Shown here one piece after another: positions 1 to 10,268 of a stretch of 64,000 nucleotides of DNA (positions are counted from its first letter, which is position 1; every line of letters begins with the position of its first letter). Made by a program: the position numbers and the translations under genes. The stretch spans positions 1,664,001 to 1,728,000 of the forward strand of contig OY771587.1 of NCBI GenBank assembly GCA_963674825.1. The letters run 5' to 3'. Source of the DNA: Candidatus Cloacimonadales bacterium. GTDB lineage: Bacteria; Cloacimonadota; Cloacimonadia; Cloacimonadales; JAIOQZ01. Under the pieces are notes generated by a model. That model worked only from the letters and a program-made list of their open reading frames with translations, was not told the DNA's origin and made no database searches.

Positions 1-2082
1 GGAGTTCCGAAGTCGTGCCGTAATCTCAAAGCGGAGATACAGATACGCACGCTGCTGCAACACACCTGGGCGGATATAATCCATGACCTGATTTACAAGA
101 CACCGATTCAGGTTCCTTCCCAATTTATCCGAGAGTCCGCGCGGTTGGCAGCGATTCTGGAAAAGGCTGATGAGTCCTTCGAGAACTTCATGAACACCCT
201 CTTGGAATACAAAAACAGTGCGCCCGAGATGTTCACGCAAAAACAGTTCGAAACCGAGAAACAAACGCTTGATTTGATTCAGTCAAGCGAGCCGGATCCG
301 AAGAAGAAAGAAGAAATTGCTATCAGGCAAGCGCGGCTTTATCGATCCACCGATCAATTTCATGAAGTAGCGACGATTCTCCGAAATCATATCGATTTCA
401 GCAAAAAACCACCGGATGAAGCGCTCTACTATCTTGCAGAAGCCCTGTTGATGCTCAAAGAGGATTCTCAATATTCTGAAGGACAATCCCAATTGAGAAG
501 GATCATCGAAGAACATCCGCTTACATCCGAAAATATTGATAATCTGCGTCTGATGAACCCTGATGATTTCAGGATTCTGACAAAAGCATGTCATCTCTTT
601 GGAATTTCATATATTGGAAAGGATCGGGATGAAGCTCTACCGTTGTTGAGAGAAGCATTCCATCTCGCTCCGGATAATCCCCGCTATGTTGTCGATTACA
701 TTGAATGCTGTCTGCTCCTTGGCGATTCGGATTGTTGTGAACTGCTCAAGCCAATGATCCTAAATGCGATTGAGCACTGTACAACCAATCTGGATATACA
801 TAAAGCCCGGATCGAGTTATATCTGTTGAAAGGTCGGTTGCTGCTCTATCTGAATCAGAAAGAAAACGCGATGGCATCGTATATGAAAGCCATTGATGTC
901 ATCCGTAAACAGAAAACATCCAAAGCGATAAGGCTGTTGATGAAGGAGAAAAAGTCACTCGAAGTCCTGCAGAAACAAACGAATGATATTCGATGGAAGT
1001 GGGCTGTCGATCTGCTGAATCTGGCATACATGATAATCCATCGAAACAAGACTGCCAGCACAAGAACTTATATCATTGCAGGGAAATCCGATTTTCTGGA
1101 AGACGAGACCAGAAAAATGCTTGTTGATTCGTTTTACCGTGGCTTTCGATGGGGAAATCCGAAAATTATCAGCGGTGGTACCAACACCGGTATTCCCGGA
1201 TGTATCGGGGATGCTGTTCTGAAAATCAAAGAGGGTAGTCGCAAATTGATCAGGTTACATGGATATATCCACGCCAATATGCCGGATCAACTCAAGCATG
1301 AGGGCTACGATGAATGGATTGTTACGGACGACGACAAATTTTCCTTCGGGGAGGTGCTGGCATATTGGAATGATCTGTTACCATACGGTGATATCAAATT
1401 GATCGGCTATGGCGGTGGGGCGATCTCTGGTTTGGAATACCGCCTGGCGTTAGCTATGGGGGCGAAAGTAGCGTTGGTTCGAGGTTCGTACGGTGCTGCC
1501 GAGGAAGTGTATCACAGCCCGGAATGGGAAAAGCACGAAGGCTTGATTGTGTTGCCTGAAGATGCGGATACAATCATAGCATTTATCAATGATCGATACG
1601 ATAATCCAATGGAAGAAAACGATTTTGAAGGCATCGCTCGTGAAATACACAATCATTATCTCGAAGAAGAAATCAAAAATGGGAAGACAGCATCGGACTC
1701 GATGGCTCCTTGGGAACTATTACCGGAAACATATAAGGCTTCCAACCGTAATCAAGCATCATTCTGGATGTTCAATCTACTATCAAACGGCTTCCAACTT
1801 CGCGGTGGGCAGCCTTCGGAAATTGTCCCGATTACCTTCACTAGGGATGAGGTCGAGCGGCTATCGAAGCTGGAGCATGGGCGATGGACGTTGAATCGAT
1901 TAAATGATGGCTGGACGTATTCACGCGAGAAGGATCCACGAAAGAAGAGAACACCCTGGTTGGCAGGCTGGAACGAATTGCCCGAAGAGATCAGGGAATA
2001 CGACAGAGAAGCGGTTCGCCGCATACCGGTGCTGCTTGCCAGCCTTGGATTTGAAATTATCAGATTAGGAGATGAAACATGA
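1..2082 (+). CDS. 5'-truncated multidomain protein: RelA/SpoT-type nucleotidyltransferase (alarmone synthetase) C-terminal part + TPR-like helices + SLOG (LSDAT/TRPM-like) + RyR-repeat domain
   Basis: Frame 1 is open from base 1 and reads ...KAEIQIRTLLQHTWADIIHDLIYK..., the RelA/SpoT EIQIRT-x2-QH-x-WA-x3-H-x3-YK motif, so the ORF-track start at 145 is internal. Later motifs: ISGGTNTG, GGGAISGLE and GSYGAAE (SLOG); REIHNHY..PWELLPE..SNR..EHGRW..GW.Y..KD..P.L..W.ELPE..REYD (RyR domain). Confidence 0.85.
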   Translation, partial: GVPKSCRNLKAEIQIRTLLQHTWADIIHDLIYKTPIQVPSQFIRESARLAAILEKADESFENFMNTLLEYKNSAPEMFTQKQFETEKQTLDLIQSSEPDPKKKEEIAIRQARLYRSTDQFHEVATILRNHIDFSKKPPDEALYYLAEALLMLKEDSQYSEGQSQLRRIIEEHPLTSENIDNLRLMNPDDFRILTKACHLFGISYIGKDRDEALPLLREAFHLAPDNPRYVVDYIECCLLLGDSDCCELLKPMILNAIEHCTTNLDIHKARIELYLLKGRLLLYLNQKENAMASYMKAIDVIRKQKTSKAIRLLMKEKKSLEVLQKQTNDIRWKWAVDLLNLAYMIIHRNKTASTRTYIIAGKSDFLEDETRKMLVDSFYRGFRWGNPKIISGGTNTGIPGCIGDAVLKIKEGSRKLIRLHGYIHANMPDQLKHEGYDEWIVTDDDKFSFGEVLAYWNDLLPYGDIKLIGYGGGAISGLEYRLALAMGAKVALVRGSYGAAEEVYHSPEWEKHEGLIVLPEDADTIIAFINDRYDNPMEENDFEGIAREIHNHYLEEEIKNGKTASDSMAPWELLPETYKASNRNQASFWMFNLLSNGFQLRGGQPSEIVPITFTRDEVERLSKLEHGRWTLNRLNDGWTYSREKDPRKKRTPWLAGWNELPEEIREYDREAVRRIPVLLASLGFEIIRLGDET

Positions 2083-2498
2083 ATAACAGACCAATCGTAG
2101 CGGTTCGGGTAATCCTGCGTAATGAAGACAACTCGATTCTCCTGCTGAAACGTGCTCAAACAAGCTATAGCGAAGGTGCGTGGTGTCTGCCGGGCGGAAA
2201 AGTTGATTACGGACAAACGCTCGAAGAAGCATGCGCCAACGAACTGAAGGAAGAAACCGGCCTGGACATCGGCGAGATCGAGTTGGTTGCCTGTCAGGAC
2301 AGTTTACCCGAGAAGGATGGGGATCCACACTTTTTGAACCTCTATTTCGAAGCGGAATACACAGGCACGATCACCTTGAACAACGAATCCTCGGCATATC
2401 AATGGGTTTCCAGCAACGAACTCGACAATTATCAAATCGTATTCGGAAACCGCGACATCATTGAGCAGATGTTCGAACAAGATACATCGGGAGATTAG
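2079..2498 (+). CDS. Nudix hydrolase family protein with a degenerate Nudix box
   Basis: WCLPGGKVDYGQTLEEACANELKEETGL; ATGA overlap with the upstream gene; AGGAGA RBS at 2067-2072. Confidence 0.9.
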   Translation: MNNRPIVAVRVILRNEDNSILLLKRAQTSYSEGAWCLPGGKVDYGQTLEEACANELKEETGLDIGEIELVACQDSLPEKDGDPHFLNLYFEAEYTGTITLNNESSAYQWVSSNELDNYQIVFGNRDIIEQMFEQDTSGD

Positions 2499-2499
2499 C

Positions 2500-5400
2500 A
2501 TGGCGGAGAATAATCGAGAAATGCGAGTTTTTATCTCATCAACATTCCGGGATATGATCAATGAGCGTGATCATCTGGTCAAGCAAGCGTTTCCGAAGCT
2601 TCGGCAACAATGCGAGGCACGAGGCGTTATCTGGGGTGAGGTTGACCTCCGCTGGGGAATAACCAGCGAGCAGCAGGCCGAAGGGAAGGTGTTGCCGATC
2701 TGCCTGGAAGAAGTCGAACGCTGCCGACCATTCTTTATTGGAATCCTGGGTGAACGCTATGGATGGGTGCCATTGGAAATCGATGAAGATTTGATCCGAA
2801 AAGAGACTTGGCTTGCGGAGCACAGAGAACGCTCGGTTACAGAACTCGAGATCCTCCACGGCGTGCTGAACCACAAGGAGATGCAGGGCAAGGCGTTCTT
2901 CTATTTTCGCGATTCTGCCTGGCTGGATTCGATCTCTGATGAAGAAAGGTATAAATACCTCGAAGGTCCTACGGATCACGAGATTGAAACTCTTGGTATA
3001 GATCGAGCGGAACAACGGGCACAGGAAAGACGGATCAAGCTTCAGGAGCTGAAGAAGAAGCTGGAGGATTCTCCCGGTACGGTTACGCGCATATTTACAT
3101 CGCCTGACGAGTTAGTGGAAATGGTCACGGAGGACATGAGTCGGATCATCGACGAGCTTTTCCCGAAAGATCAGACTGTAAATCCATTCGAGATGGAGCG
3201 TATCGCTCATCACGCGGTGTCTGTGCAGAAATCAACTGTATATGTCAAGCGTCCCCTCTATTTCGAGCAAATGTATCGATTCATTGATGGAGATGAATCC
3301 TGCCTTCTGATATCAGGAGCTTCCGGTACCGGAAAGACTTCGATGGTTGCAAACTGGACCGAAGAATATCGTCAAACCTATCCCGACGATAACGTGTTTA
3401 TCCATTTTATCGGTTCCACCCCGCTCTCGAGCGATATTGAGAATCTTCTGTGGCGATTATTGGGAGATTTGAAAGACTGGTATAACATTCCCGAAGGTAT
3501 TCCACAGAATCCTGCAGAATACGCGCAGACGCTCGCAAAATGGCTAAAGCAGATATCAGATCAACAAAGGTGCGTCATTATTCTGGATTCGCTGAATCAA
3601 CAGGAAGACAAACCCGGCGTATCGAGCCTGACATGGCTACCGGTAGAGTTTCCTTCCAACGTGCGGCTGATCGTTACGAGCCTGGAAGGACCAGCATTCA
3701 CCGAACTGCTGAAGCGGAATGCACAGCAAATGGAGATCATGCCCTTCAAAGCGGATAGCAAGAAGCTGCTGATCGATAGTTACCTGCGCTGGTGTCACAA
3801 GAGTCTGGATTCCGAATCGGTTCAGCGGCTGATTGAATCAGATCATACAGACAACCCACTATATCTAAAACTTCTGTTGGAGGAATTGCGACTCGAAGGT
3901 AAGTTCGAGTCCCTCACCGAGCAGCTTACAGAATTCCTCAAAACGGAATCGATACCCCAATTGATGCTGCTTATTCTCGATCGACTGGAGCGTGATTACA
4001 TTGGCACAGACCACAACCTGGTACGCGATGCGTTTAGCTATCTTTGGGCATCCCGAACAGGGCTTTCGGAAGTGGAGCTACTCGATCTTCTCGGAAAAGA
4101 TGGACAACCGCTTGCATCGGGTATCTGGTCGCCTCTATCCTATGCCTCACGTCATCTGATCTCGATGAACTCCGGTAGACTTGTTATAACGCACAACTAT
4201 TTCAGGCAGGCAATCGAAGAGAAATATCTGACCGATTTCGAGGAACAGCGTCGGTATCGTCTCTTGCTGGCAGACTATTTCGGCAAGACGACGGTTACCA
4301 GATGGATGATGGAAACTCCCTGGCAATACGCCAAAGCCGGAGAGTGGATGATGCTGCGCGACCTACTCCTTCAAGACAACTTCCTATTCAAGGCGTGTAA
4401 ACAGATCGAATTCGAGTACTATGCCTATTGGGTGCAGATTGAGAAAAACACCAACATAACATTTCTCGAGTCGCTTGAAAAGTACATCGAAACACCGGAG
4501 CAGTTCGAAGCTCAAACCCTCTGGCAGATCGCTGGAATCCTTCACTATAAGATGGAAACAAAGAAGAGCATTAAGCTTTGGGCTTATCTATACCATTCGA
4601 TGAAAGACAGTCCAGACCGATTCAGGTATCTAGAAACGATCTTGAATTACTCATCAACGCTGAGCAGTGGAAATTCGGAGCAAATCAAGTTCTCATTAGA
4701 ACTCATGGATGAAGGCATGGCCCTTGCGAAAGAGCTTGGATTGGAAAATCGATATTATAGCTTGCTCATGAATAAATCGCTCGTGTTTGATCGATTGGGA
4801 CGTATCGATGAAAGCATTGAAATGAAACACGAATGTGAGAAGTATTTCAGGCAAAGTGGTCACAAAGAAGGTCTGCAAGCAACTCTGGCGAATATCATGA
4901 GCGTATATTTCTGGCGGGGGGATTATGATAAGGCTATCATATACGGCAAAGAATCACGGAAACTCAGTATCGAAACAGGAAACAAGTGGGCGGTCGTGAA
5001 TCTTGATAATTCTCTTGGTACGATCATGATTTATGCTAACAAACTGGAAGAAGCCGAAGCCACTCTCAATGAAGCGCTTGAGACTGCTCGAGAAATTGGG
5101 GACGATTATCATATTCAGATGATCCAGCAAACACGTTCCATGTTATTCTGTAATCTTGAAAGGCTGGAAGAAGCGCTCGAAGCAAACCGGGAATCGAAAG
5201 AGGTATGTGAGCGGATCCAGTTTTTGCAAGGTCTTATGAGCGCGTACTGCAACGAAGGCTCAATATTATTGTCATGTGAGAGGTTTGAAGAATCTCTTCA
5301 ATCAAGCTTCAAAGCGATAGAGTATTCAGATATTGCCGATCCGGATGGCTGCCGTTGTGTGTCATTCGGAAATATCGCCGCAGCCTTCATTCGAAAGGGG

Positions 5401-5640
5401 GATCTCGACCAAGGAGAAGAAGCTCTCGCCAGGTTCAGACAACTTGCAATCGAATCACAAAAACCGGACAGTCTTGCCTGGGCGTATATGCATCTGGCAG
5501 AACTACACTTTGCCAGAAAACAGTATCAGGAAGCACTAGAGGCAATCGAAGAGGGTGTAGAACATTGTAGTCGGTATGGACTTGAATTGATCATTGATCA
5601 GAGCGAGATATTGAAGGATCAAATCATTGAAGAAATGTAA
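2500..5640 (+). CDS. DUF4062 + NACHT/AAA_16-like STAND NTPase + TPR repeats (NPHP3/TEP1-like architecture)
   Basis: N-terminal RVFISSTFRDM..VDLRWG..FIGILGERYG..SVTELEI (DUF4062); Walker A GASGTGKT; Walker B VIILDSLNQ; helical TPR-like repeats at the C-terminus. ATG at 2500 follows GGGAGA, 1 nt after the Nudix stop. Confidence 0.88.
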   Translation: MAENNREMRVFISSTFRDMINERDHLVKQAFPKLRQQCEARGVIWGEVDLRWGITSEQQAEGKVLPICLEEVERCRPFFIGILGERYGWVPLEIDEDLIRKETWLAEHRERSVTELEILHGVLNHKEMQGKAFFYFRDSAWLDSISDEERYKYLEGPTDHEIETLGIDRAEQRAQERRIKLQELKKKLEDSPGTVTRIFTSPDELVEMVTEDMSRIIDELFPKDQTVNPFEMERIAHHAVSVQKSTVYVKRPLYFEQMYRFIDGDESCLLISGASGTGKTSMVANWTEEYRQTYPDDNVFIHFIGSTPLSSDIENLLWRLLGDLKDWYNIPEGIPQNPAEYAQTLAKWLKQISDQQRCVIILDSLNQQEDKPGVSSLTWLPVEFPSNVRLIVTSLEGPAFTELLKRNAQQMEIMPFKADSKKLLIDSYLRWCHKSLDSESVQRLIESDHTDNPLYLKLLLEELRLEGKFESLTEQLTEFLKTESIPQLMLLILDRLERDYIGTDHNLVRDAFSYLWASRTGLSEVELLDLLGKDGQPLASGIWSPLSYASRHLISMNSGRLVITHNYFRQAIEEKYLTDFEEQRRYRLLLADYFGKTTVTRWMMETPWQYAKAGEWMMLRDLLLQDNFLFKACKQIEFEYYAYWVQIEKNTNITFLESLEKYIETPEQFEAQTLWQIAGILHYKMETKKSIKLWAYLYHSMKDSPDRFRYLETILNYSSTLSSGNSEQIKFSLELMDEGMALAKELGLENRYYSLLMNKSLVFDRLGRIDESIEMKHECEKYFRQSGHKEGLQATLANIMSVYFWRGDYDKAIIYGKESRKLSIETGNKWAVVNLDNSLGTIMIYANKLEEAEATLNEALETAREIGDDYHIQMIQQTRSMLFCNLERLEEALEANRESKEVCERIQFLQGLMSAYCNEGSILLSCERFEESLQSSFKAIEYSDIADPDGCRCVSFGNIAAAFIRKGDLDQGEEALARFRQLAIESQKPDSLAWAYMHLAELHFARKQYQEALEAIEEGVEHCSRYGLELIIDQSEILKDQIIEEM

Positions 5641-6024
5641 ATACAATCTACCGTGCTTGTATAGCAATTCGACATGTCAAGACAGAGACTACTGAATTGA
5701 ACCGATATGCGCAACCAGTTCCTAAGCTAAACAGATAGAGCATATTACAGAAGAGGTGAGAGCCGCCCGTCAAACAAACACCTGTGAGATCGCTAAATCG
5801 TTTTTGCAGGATGGAAAGAAGGGTGTCAACTTACAACTTCAACGCGTCGTCGTGATCCTTGAATGTTCGCTCCGGCCCCAACTCATGCTTCAGAATCCCG
5901 ATGATTCTTGCTTCGACTTTTTATTCGGAGGCTCGTATTTTCCGGGTGTAGATTGGCTACTCAAGCAAAAAAGGTGTGTTTTCCCACTCCGTTATCGTTT
6001 AAAATTCTAATTGCATCTTCATAT

Positions 6025-8025
6025 TTATTCTCCAACATGCACTTTCTTGAAATACTCACACTCCTTCAAGCCCTGAAAGATTTTATCTTCGCTGGTACTC
6101 AATTGATTTTGATAACCTTCGAGTTTATTCAGCTCAGCAATATCTTCCTGGGTTGCCTGACCCATACTCAAGCCAATCTTTCTCATTTTTTCGATGAGAT
6201 TCCTGATTCCTGAAATTGCGATCATCATGTTTCGGAATTCCTGTGCGATGTATTGACAGCCACCGATCTTCTCGATGATGAGAGATGCCTGAAACAGTTG
6301 TTCGTGTGCGATATCGAGCTCGTTGAAGCACTCCTGGGCGTAGTAGTTCAGTTCTTCCCAATTGGCGTCGTATTTATCACCTAGTCCGTCCTCTTGTATT
6401 CTGATCAGATATTTCGTCGCGGTATCTTTGTCCAGGTTGAAAAGATTCATCTGATCAATGGCACTACTGATATGGACATAAAGGGGATCGTAGGAGTTTT
6501 CATTATCTATAAGAATCGTTGGCTGGATGCCATTATTCAGCATTTTTCCATCCAGTATGGTATAAATTGCATTTGTGCCTTCATAGGCGTATATATTTCC
6601 AGAATAAGGTAAAGCGGATATCATTGTGCCCGAGAACCAGTATCCATCCACCCACTGGTATTGTATTTGTCCGAGGTTAACCGGGCCGGTTGATACTACC
6701 TCGTAAGCCTCGGAAACCTCGATTTCTTTCGGATGCAGGGGCTTGAACTCCAGACTCTTGATTGTGGATGTATCCGAATTGTAGTTCATCTCGATTATCA
6801 TGTGGTGCTTCTTATCGGTTACTCCCTCCGGCATCGAGACGCAAGTGTATTTGGTAGTCGATCGAACGTATTCGGGACCGAATTTCTTTTCGATTTCATC
6901 GTAGCTCATTTGTTTATCCAACCCGTACATGGTTAATTCGGATTCCCGATCGATCCTTAACAGGATCGAACAGATGACTCTGTCGTAGTCGGTCGTCTGG
7001 ATAACAATTTTACTCCCGGGCGCTACTGCGAACACGCCGTCTTTTTTGAAGCCGTATTTCTCCCGAAGTACCGTCCAATCCTCGTTCGAGTAGTCCTTTT
7101 TTCCAAACATCTCGATCATGTTCTTTGTTTTGTTTTCAGATAAATATTGCTCCCAGATATCGGGATGGGACTCTGCTGGCTCAGGGTTGTCGATGTATTT
7201 CACACTGCGGAGTTCGGTTTCAATGTCCTGATTCGAAGTTTTAGCTATGTGCTCATACGGATCAACGTATGTCTCCCCGGTCGTGCTCTGTTCAGCGGCA
7301 ACGAGGTTCATGATCGATTGACGTTCTTCGCTGGGCAACATCTGCAGGAAATCCTCTGCATCCTCCTGCCAGATGTTAGGCGGTGATTTGATGTAATCAC
7401 CCACGATCGTCACTTCGTCCACGATGAAATCACCCGATAAACTGTAACTGTATCGCAAGCTTACAGTTGCATCCCGTCTGTTGCCCTTTGGATAATAGAC
7501 GATTTTTGCTCCGTTTGGGTTTCCTTCCGACGCAGTGTCCTCGATATCCCATACGGTATTAGCTACAAAATGATTTCCTTCCTGAATCGCTTTTCCATAA
7601 GCATCCCAATCGAAGTTCTCCCAATCGATGTTTTTATCGTCCATACCATGATCGCTCGCTGAATCGTTATAGCCAGCCGTTGCGAGGAAATCCTTGTACC
7701 TGATCGGCAGACCGTAGAAAGCCAGCAATTCGCCGAATAAATTCTCGGATTCTTCGTCCTTTTTGCAGGTGAAAATAATCTCCTGGAGTCCTCTTGCCAG
7801 CGACATCGTAACACTGATTTCGATGTTATCATAGTATTTGTGGATGGTCGTATCCCCATTGAGTTCTTCGTATTGAACGCCCAATCTGAGGGCATAGTAG
7901 ATCACGAGCGGGTCATCGGCGGGTTTTCCGATGACGAGGTGAATAAGGGGTGAAGACGGGATGAAACCGAGCGCCGGGATAGATAACGAGAGAAATGCGA
8001 TGGCTGCTGTCAGAATGTATCTCAT
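6025..8025 (-). CDS. Hypothetical secreted protein (666 aa)
   Basis: Long ORF with signal peptide MRYILTAAIAFLSLSIPALG and a GAGGA RBS; no recognisable domain. Confidence 0.75.
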   Translation of the reverse strand: MRYILTAAIAFLSLSIPALGFIPSSPLIHLVIGKPADDPLVIYYALRLGVQYEELNGDTTIHKYYDNIEISVTMSLARGLQEIIFTCKKDEESENLFGELLAFYGLPIRYKDFLATAGYNDSASDHGMDDKNIDWENFDWDAYGKAIQEGNHFVANTVWDIEDTASEGNPNGAKIVYYPKGNRRDATVSLRYSYSLSGDFIVDEVTIVGDYIKSPPNIWQEDAEDFLQMLPSEERQSIMNLVAAEQSTTGETYVDPYEHIAKTSNQDIETELRSVKYIDNPEPAESHPDIWEQYLSENKTKNMIEMFGKKDYSNEDWTVLREKYGFKKDGVFAVAPGSKIVIQTTDYDRVICSILLRIDRESELTMYGLDKQMSYDEIEKKFGPEYVRSTTKYTCVSMPEGVTDKKHHMIIEMNYNSDTSTIKSLEFKPLHPKEIEVSEAYEVVSTGPVNLGQIQYQWVDGYWFSGTMISALPYSGNIYAYEGTNAIYTILDGKMLNNGIQPTILIDNENSYDPLYVHISSAIDQMNLFNLDKDTATKYLIRIQEDGLGDKYDANWEELNYYAQECFNELDIAHEQLFQASLIIEKIGGCQYIAQEFRNMMIAISGIRNLIEKMRKIGLSMGQATQEDIAELNKLEGYQNQLSTSEDKIFQGLKECEYFKKVHVGE

Positions 8026-8303
8026 AAACGATCCTCGAAATTTTTTTGAAGTTTGCTGACGGGAAAGATATCGTCAATATAAAAAGAGTATTCTGTGTGG
8101 GTTGAAACAACGATGTTGATACCCTGGAAATGTCGTAACATTTTCCTTATCACACTTGCGAATCGAATGTTTTCTATGCAAGAAAAAGAGAGGAGGATCC
8201 CTTGCACAATCCGTTTAACGAACGCGCTGCGCCGGAGATAAAAGACGAAACGATGGTGGCACTTCTACTACTTCTGAATACAAGAAGAGGCAGTAGTGGG
8301 CGA

Positions 8304-9791
8304 TTATCCATTTTGAGAATACTGATGCATCATCTTACGAAAATGGTAACCGTAGATAGTATAGGTAATAATCTTACGGAACGAATGTGGTTTTCGGAAA
8401 ATACTCCAGCAGAGAAGTTTCCAGTACTGGAATCGATCTTTGCCAATAACACCTAAGATTATAAATGTTTTCAACAACGCGATGATTTCATAGAAATGGA
8501 CCGATTCATGAGGGGGCTTTCGCTTATCGATTGACAGGAAGGTTCTCACTCGGTTGTAGAAAACCTTTGAAGAGTATAACTTATTCATTAAACGCTTGTA
8601 ACCGGGGATAAGGGTTTCTATTCTCATCGCTGGAATAAAATTCATCGATATATCAGTGTTATCGCCGGTCATTTTTCCGATTAGTCTTCCTTCCTCGTCC
8701 ATGCGTTTATATAGGGTAGTGTTGACCGGCGCATTGAGTAAGCCGACCATGGCGGTAACGATACCGCTATCCTGAATGAATTCAAACATTTTATCGAAAA
8801 TTGTAGGTTTATCATTGTCGAAACCGATGATAAACCCTCCCATGACCTCAAACCCGAAGGTCTGGATCTTTCGCACGGAAGCAATGATATCTCTCCGGCA
8901 ATTGGCAACCTTTCCACATTCAACGAGGCTGTTTTCGTCCACCGTTTCAATCCCTATGAAGACCGTGTCAAACCCGGCAGCCGACATCATTCGCATCAAA
9001 GGTTCATCGTCTGCCATATTGATCGAGCATTCGGTATAGAGAGAAAATGGATAGCGATGCTCCTGCATCCAGGAAATAATTCCAGGAAGAATATCACTTT
9101 TCAGCTTCTTGATATTGCCGATAAAATTGTCATCAACTAAAAATACTGCGCCGCGCCACCCATGGGAATACAGTGAAGTCATTTCAGCCAGAATTTGCTC
9201 GCGATTCTTCGTTCTTGGCACATTTCCAAACAAAACGGAAATATCGCAAAAACTGCAATGGAAGGGACATCCCCTTGAGTACTGAATGTCAATCGAAGCA
9301 TACTTTCTGAAATCGATCAAATCCCAACGAGGTAACGGAGTTGTTGTTATATCGGCCCATGTTGCGGCTCGATAGATTTTTTTCAGTTTTCCAATGGATA
9401 GATCGGTAAGGAATTCTGGTAGAATAACTTCCGCTTCACCAAGAAGTAGATGATCGACCATTGGAAAAGCATCTGGTTGTGATGTGAACAGCGGTCCGCC
9501 TGCCACAACCTTTCGTCCAAGATTATGGCATCGGTCGATGACATTCAATACGGATTTTTTTTGGATCGACATTGCACTTAAAAAGACCAAATCGGCCTGA
9601 AGAATATCCTGCTTCTGTAATTTAGACACATTCATGTCGATCAACTTGATCTGCCAATCACTGGGAAGCATGGCTGCCACAGTTAAAAGACCAAGTGGAG
9701 GATCGCTTGCCTTTTTTGAAATGAAATGCAAGGCGTAACGAAAACTCCAGAACGAGTCTGGACAAAATGGGTATATCAATAAAGCCTTCAT
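8304..9791 (-). CDS. B12-binding radical SAM protein with C-terminal DUF4070 (HpnP-like class B family)
   Basis: PPLGLLTVAAMLP cobalamin-binding N-terminus; SRGCPFHCSFC (CxxxCxxC); VDDNFIGN; GFIIGFDND; L.KR...EGRL. Confidence 0.9.
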   Translation of the reverse strand: MKALLIYPFCPDSFWSFRYALHFISKKASDPPLGLLTVAAMLPSDWQIKLIDMNVSKLQKQDILQADLVFLSAMSIQKKSVLNVIDRCHNLGRKVVAGGPLFTSQPDAFPMVDHLLLGEAEVILPEFLTDLSIGKLKKIYRAATWADITTTPLPRWDLIDFRKYASIDIQYSRGCPFHCSFCDISVLFGNVPRTKNREQILAEMTSLYSHGWRGAVFLVDDNFIGNIKKLKSDILPGIISWMQEHRYPFSLYTECSINMADDEPLMRMMSAAGFDTVFIGIETVDENSLVECGKVANCRRDIIASVRKIQTFGFEVMGGFIIGFDNDKPTIFDKMFEFIQDSGIVTAMVGLLNAPVNTTLYKRMDEEGRLIGKMTGDNTDISMNFIPAMRIETLIPGYKRLMNKLYSSKVFYNRVRTFLSIDKRKPPHESVHFYEIIALLKTFIILGVIGKDRFQYWKLLCWSIFRKPHSFRKIITYTIYGYHFRKMMHQYSQNG

Positions 9792-10268
9792 AGGAATAAA
9801 CCTTTAGAATCAAGACAGTTGACATCAGTATTGCTTCGGAGCTTCATTTTGTCACATTTAAGATTAGGCCAGCCACATGCTCTTTTTGCAGTAAACGACA
9901 GGGGTGATTCTTCTGGCGCAATCCATCTCACAGTTATTTTTAGAAACACACACACTTATCTATAAGATAGTCTAATACCGTCCTTGCACGAAGTCAATTA
10001 AAATTACAGTGTCAACCTCAACTAGCTGAATACCAGTAAAGGCGACATGTCTCTTCTGCCGATAACAGCAGTCTGGTGACGAACGGCCCATGGAGAAGCT
10101 TGGGAAGATGAGCGACAACAGCGCGAATGCTCCCATCATGCTCAAGAAAATGCAGTACGACCCAGTCAAGAAGCAGGTATTGCTCAAGCCGTTAGAAAGC
10201 TGTTGAGACAACGAATTTCAAGTAGGCATTCGTGCTATCTCCATTATTATATAGAAGTTGGAGGAAAC

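Noticed and set aside
145..147. TTG start for the first gene given by the ORF track
   Set aside because: The frame is open to base 1 and encodes a conserved RelA/SpoT motif upstream, so the real start lies outside the window.
10090..10206. Short plus-strand ORF MEKLGKMSD... before the lipocalin
   Set aside because: It is under 40 codons, with no clear RBS or recognisable homology.
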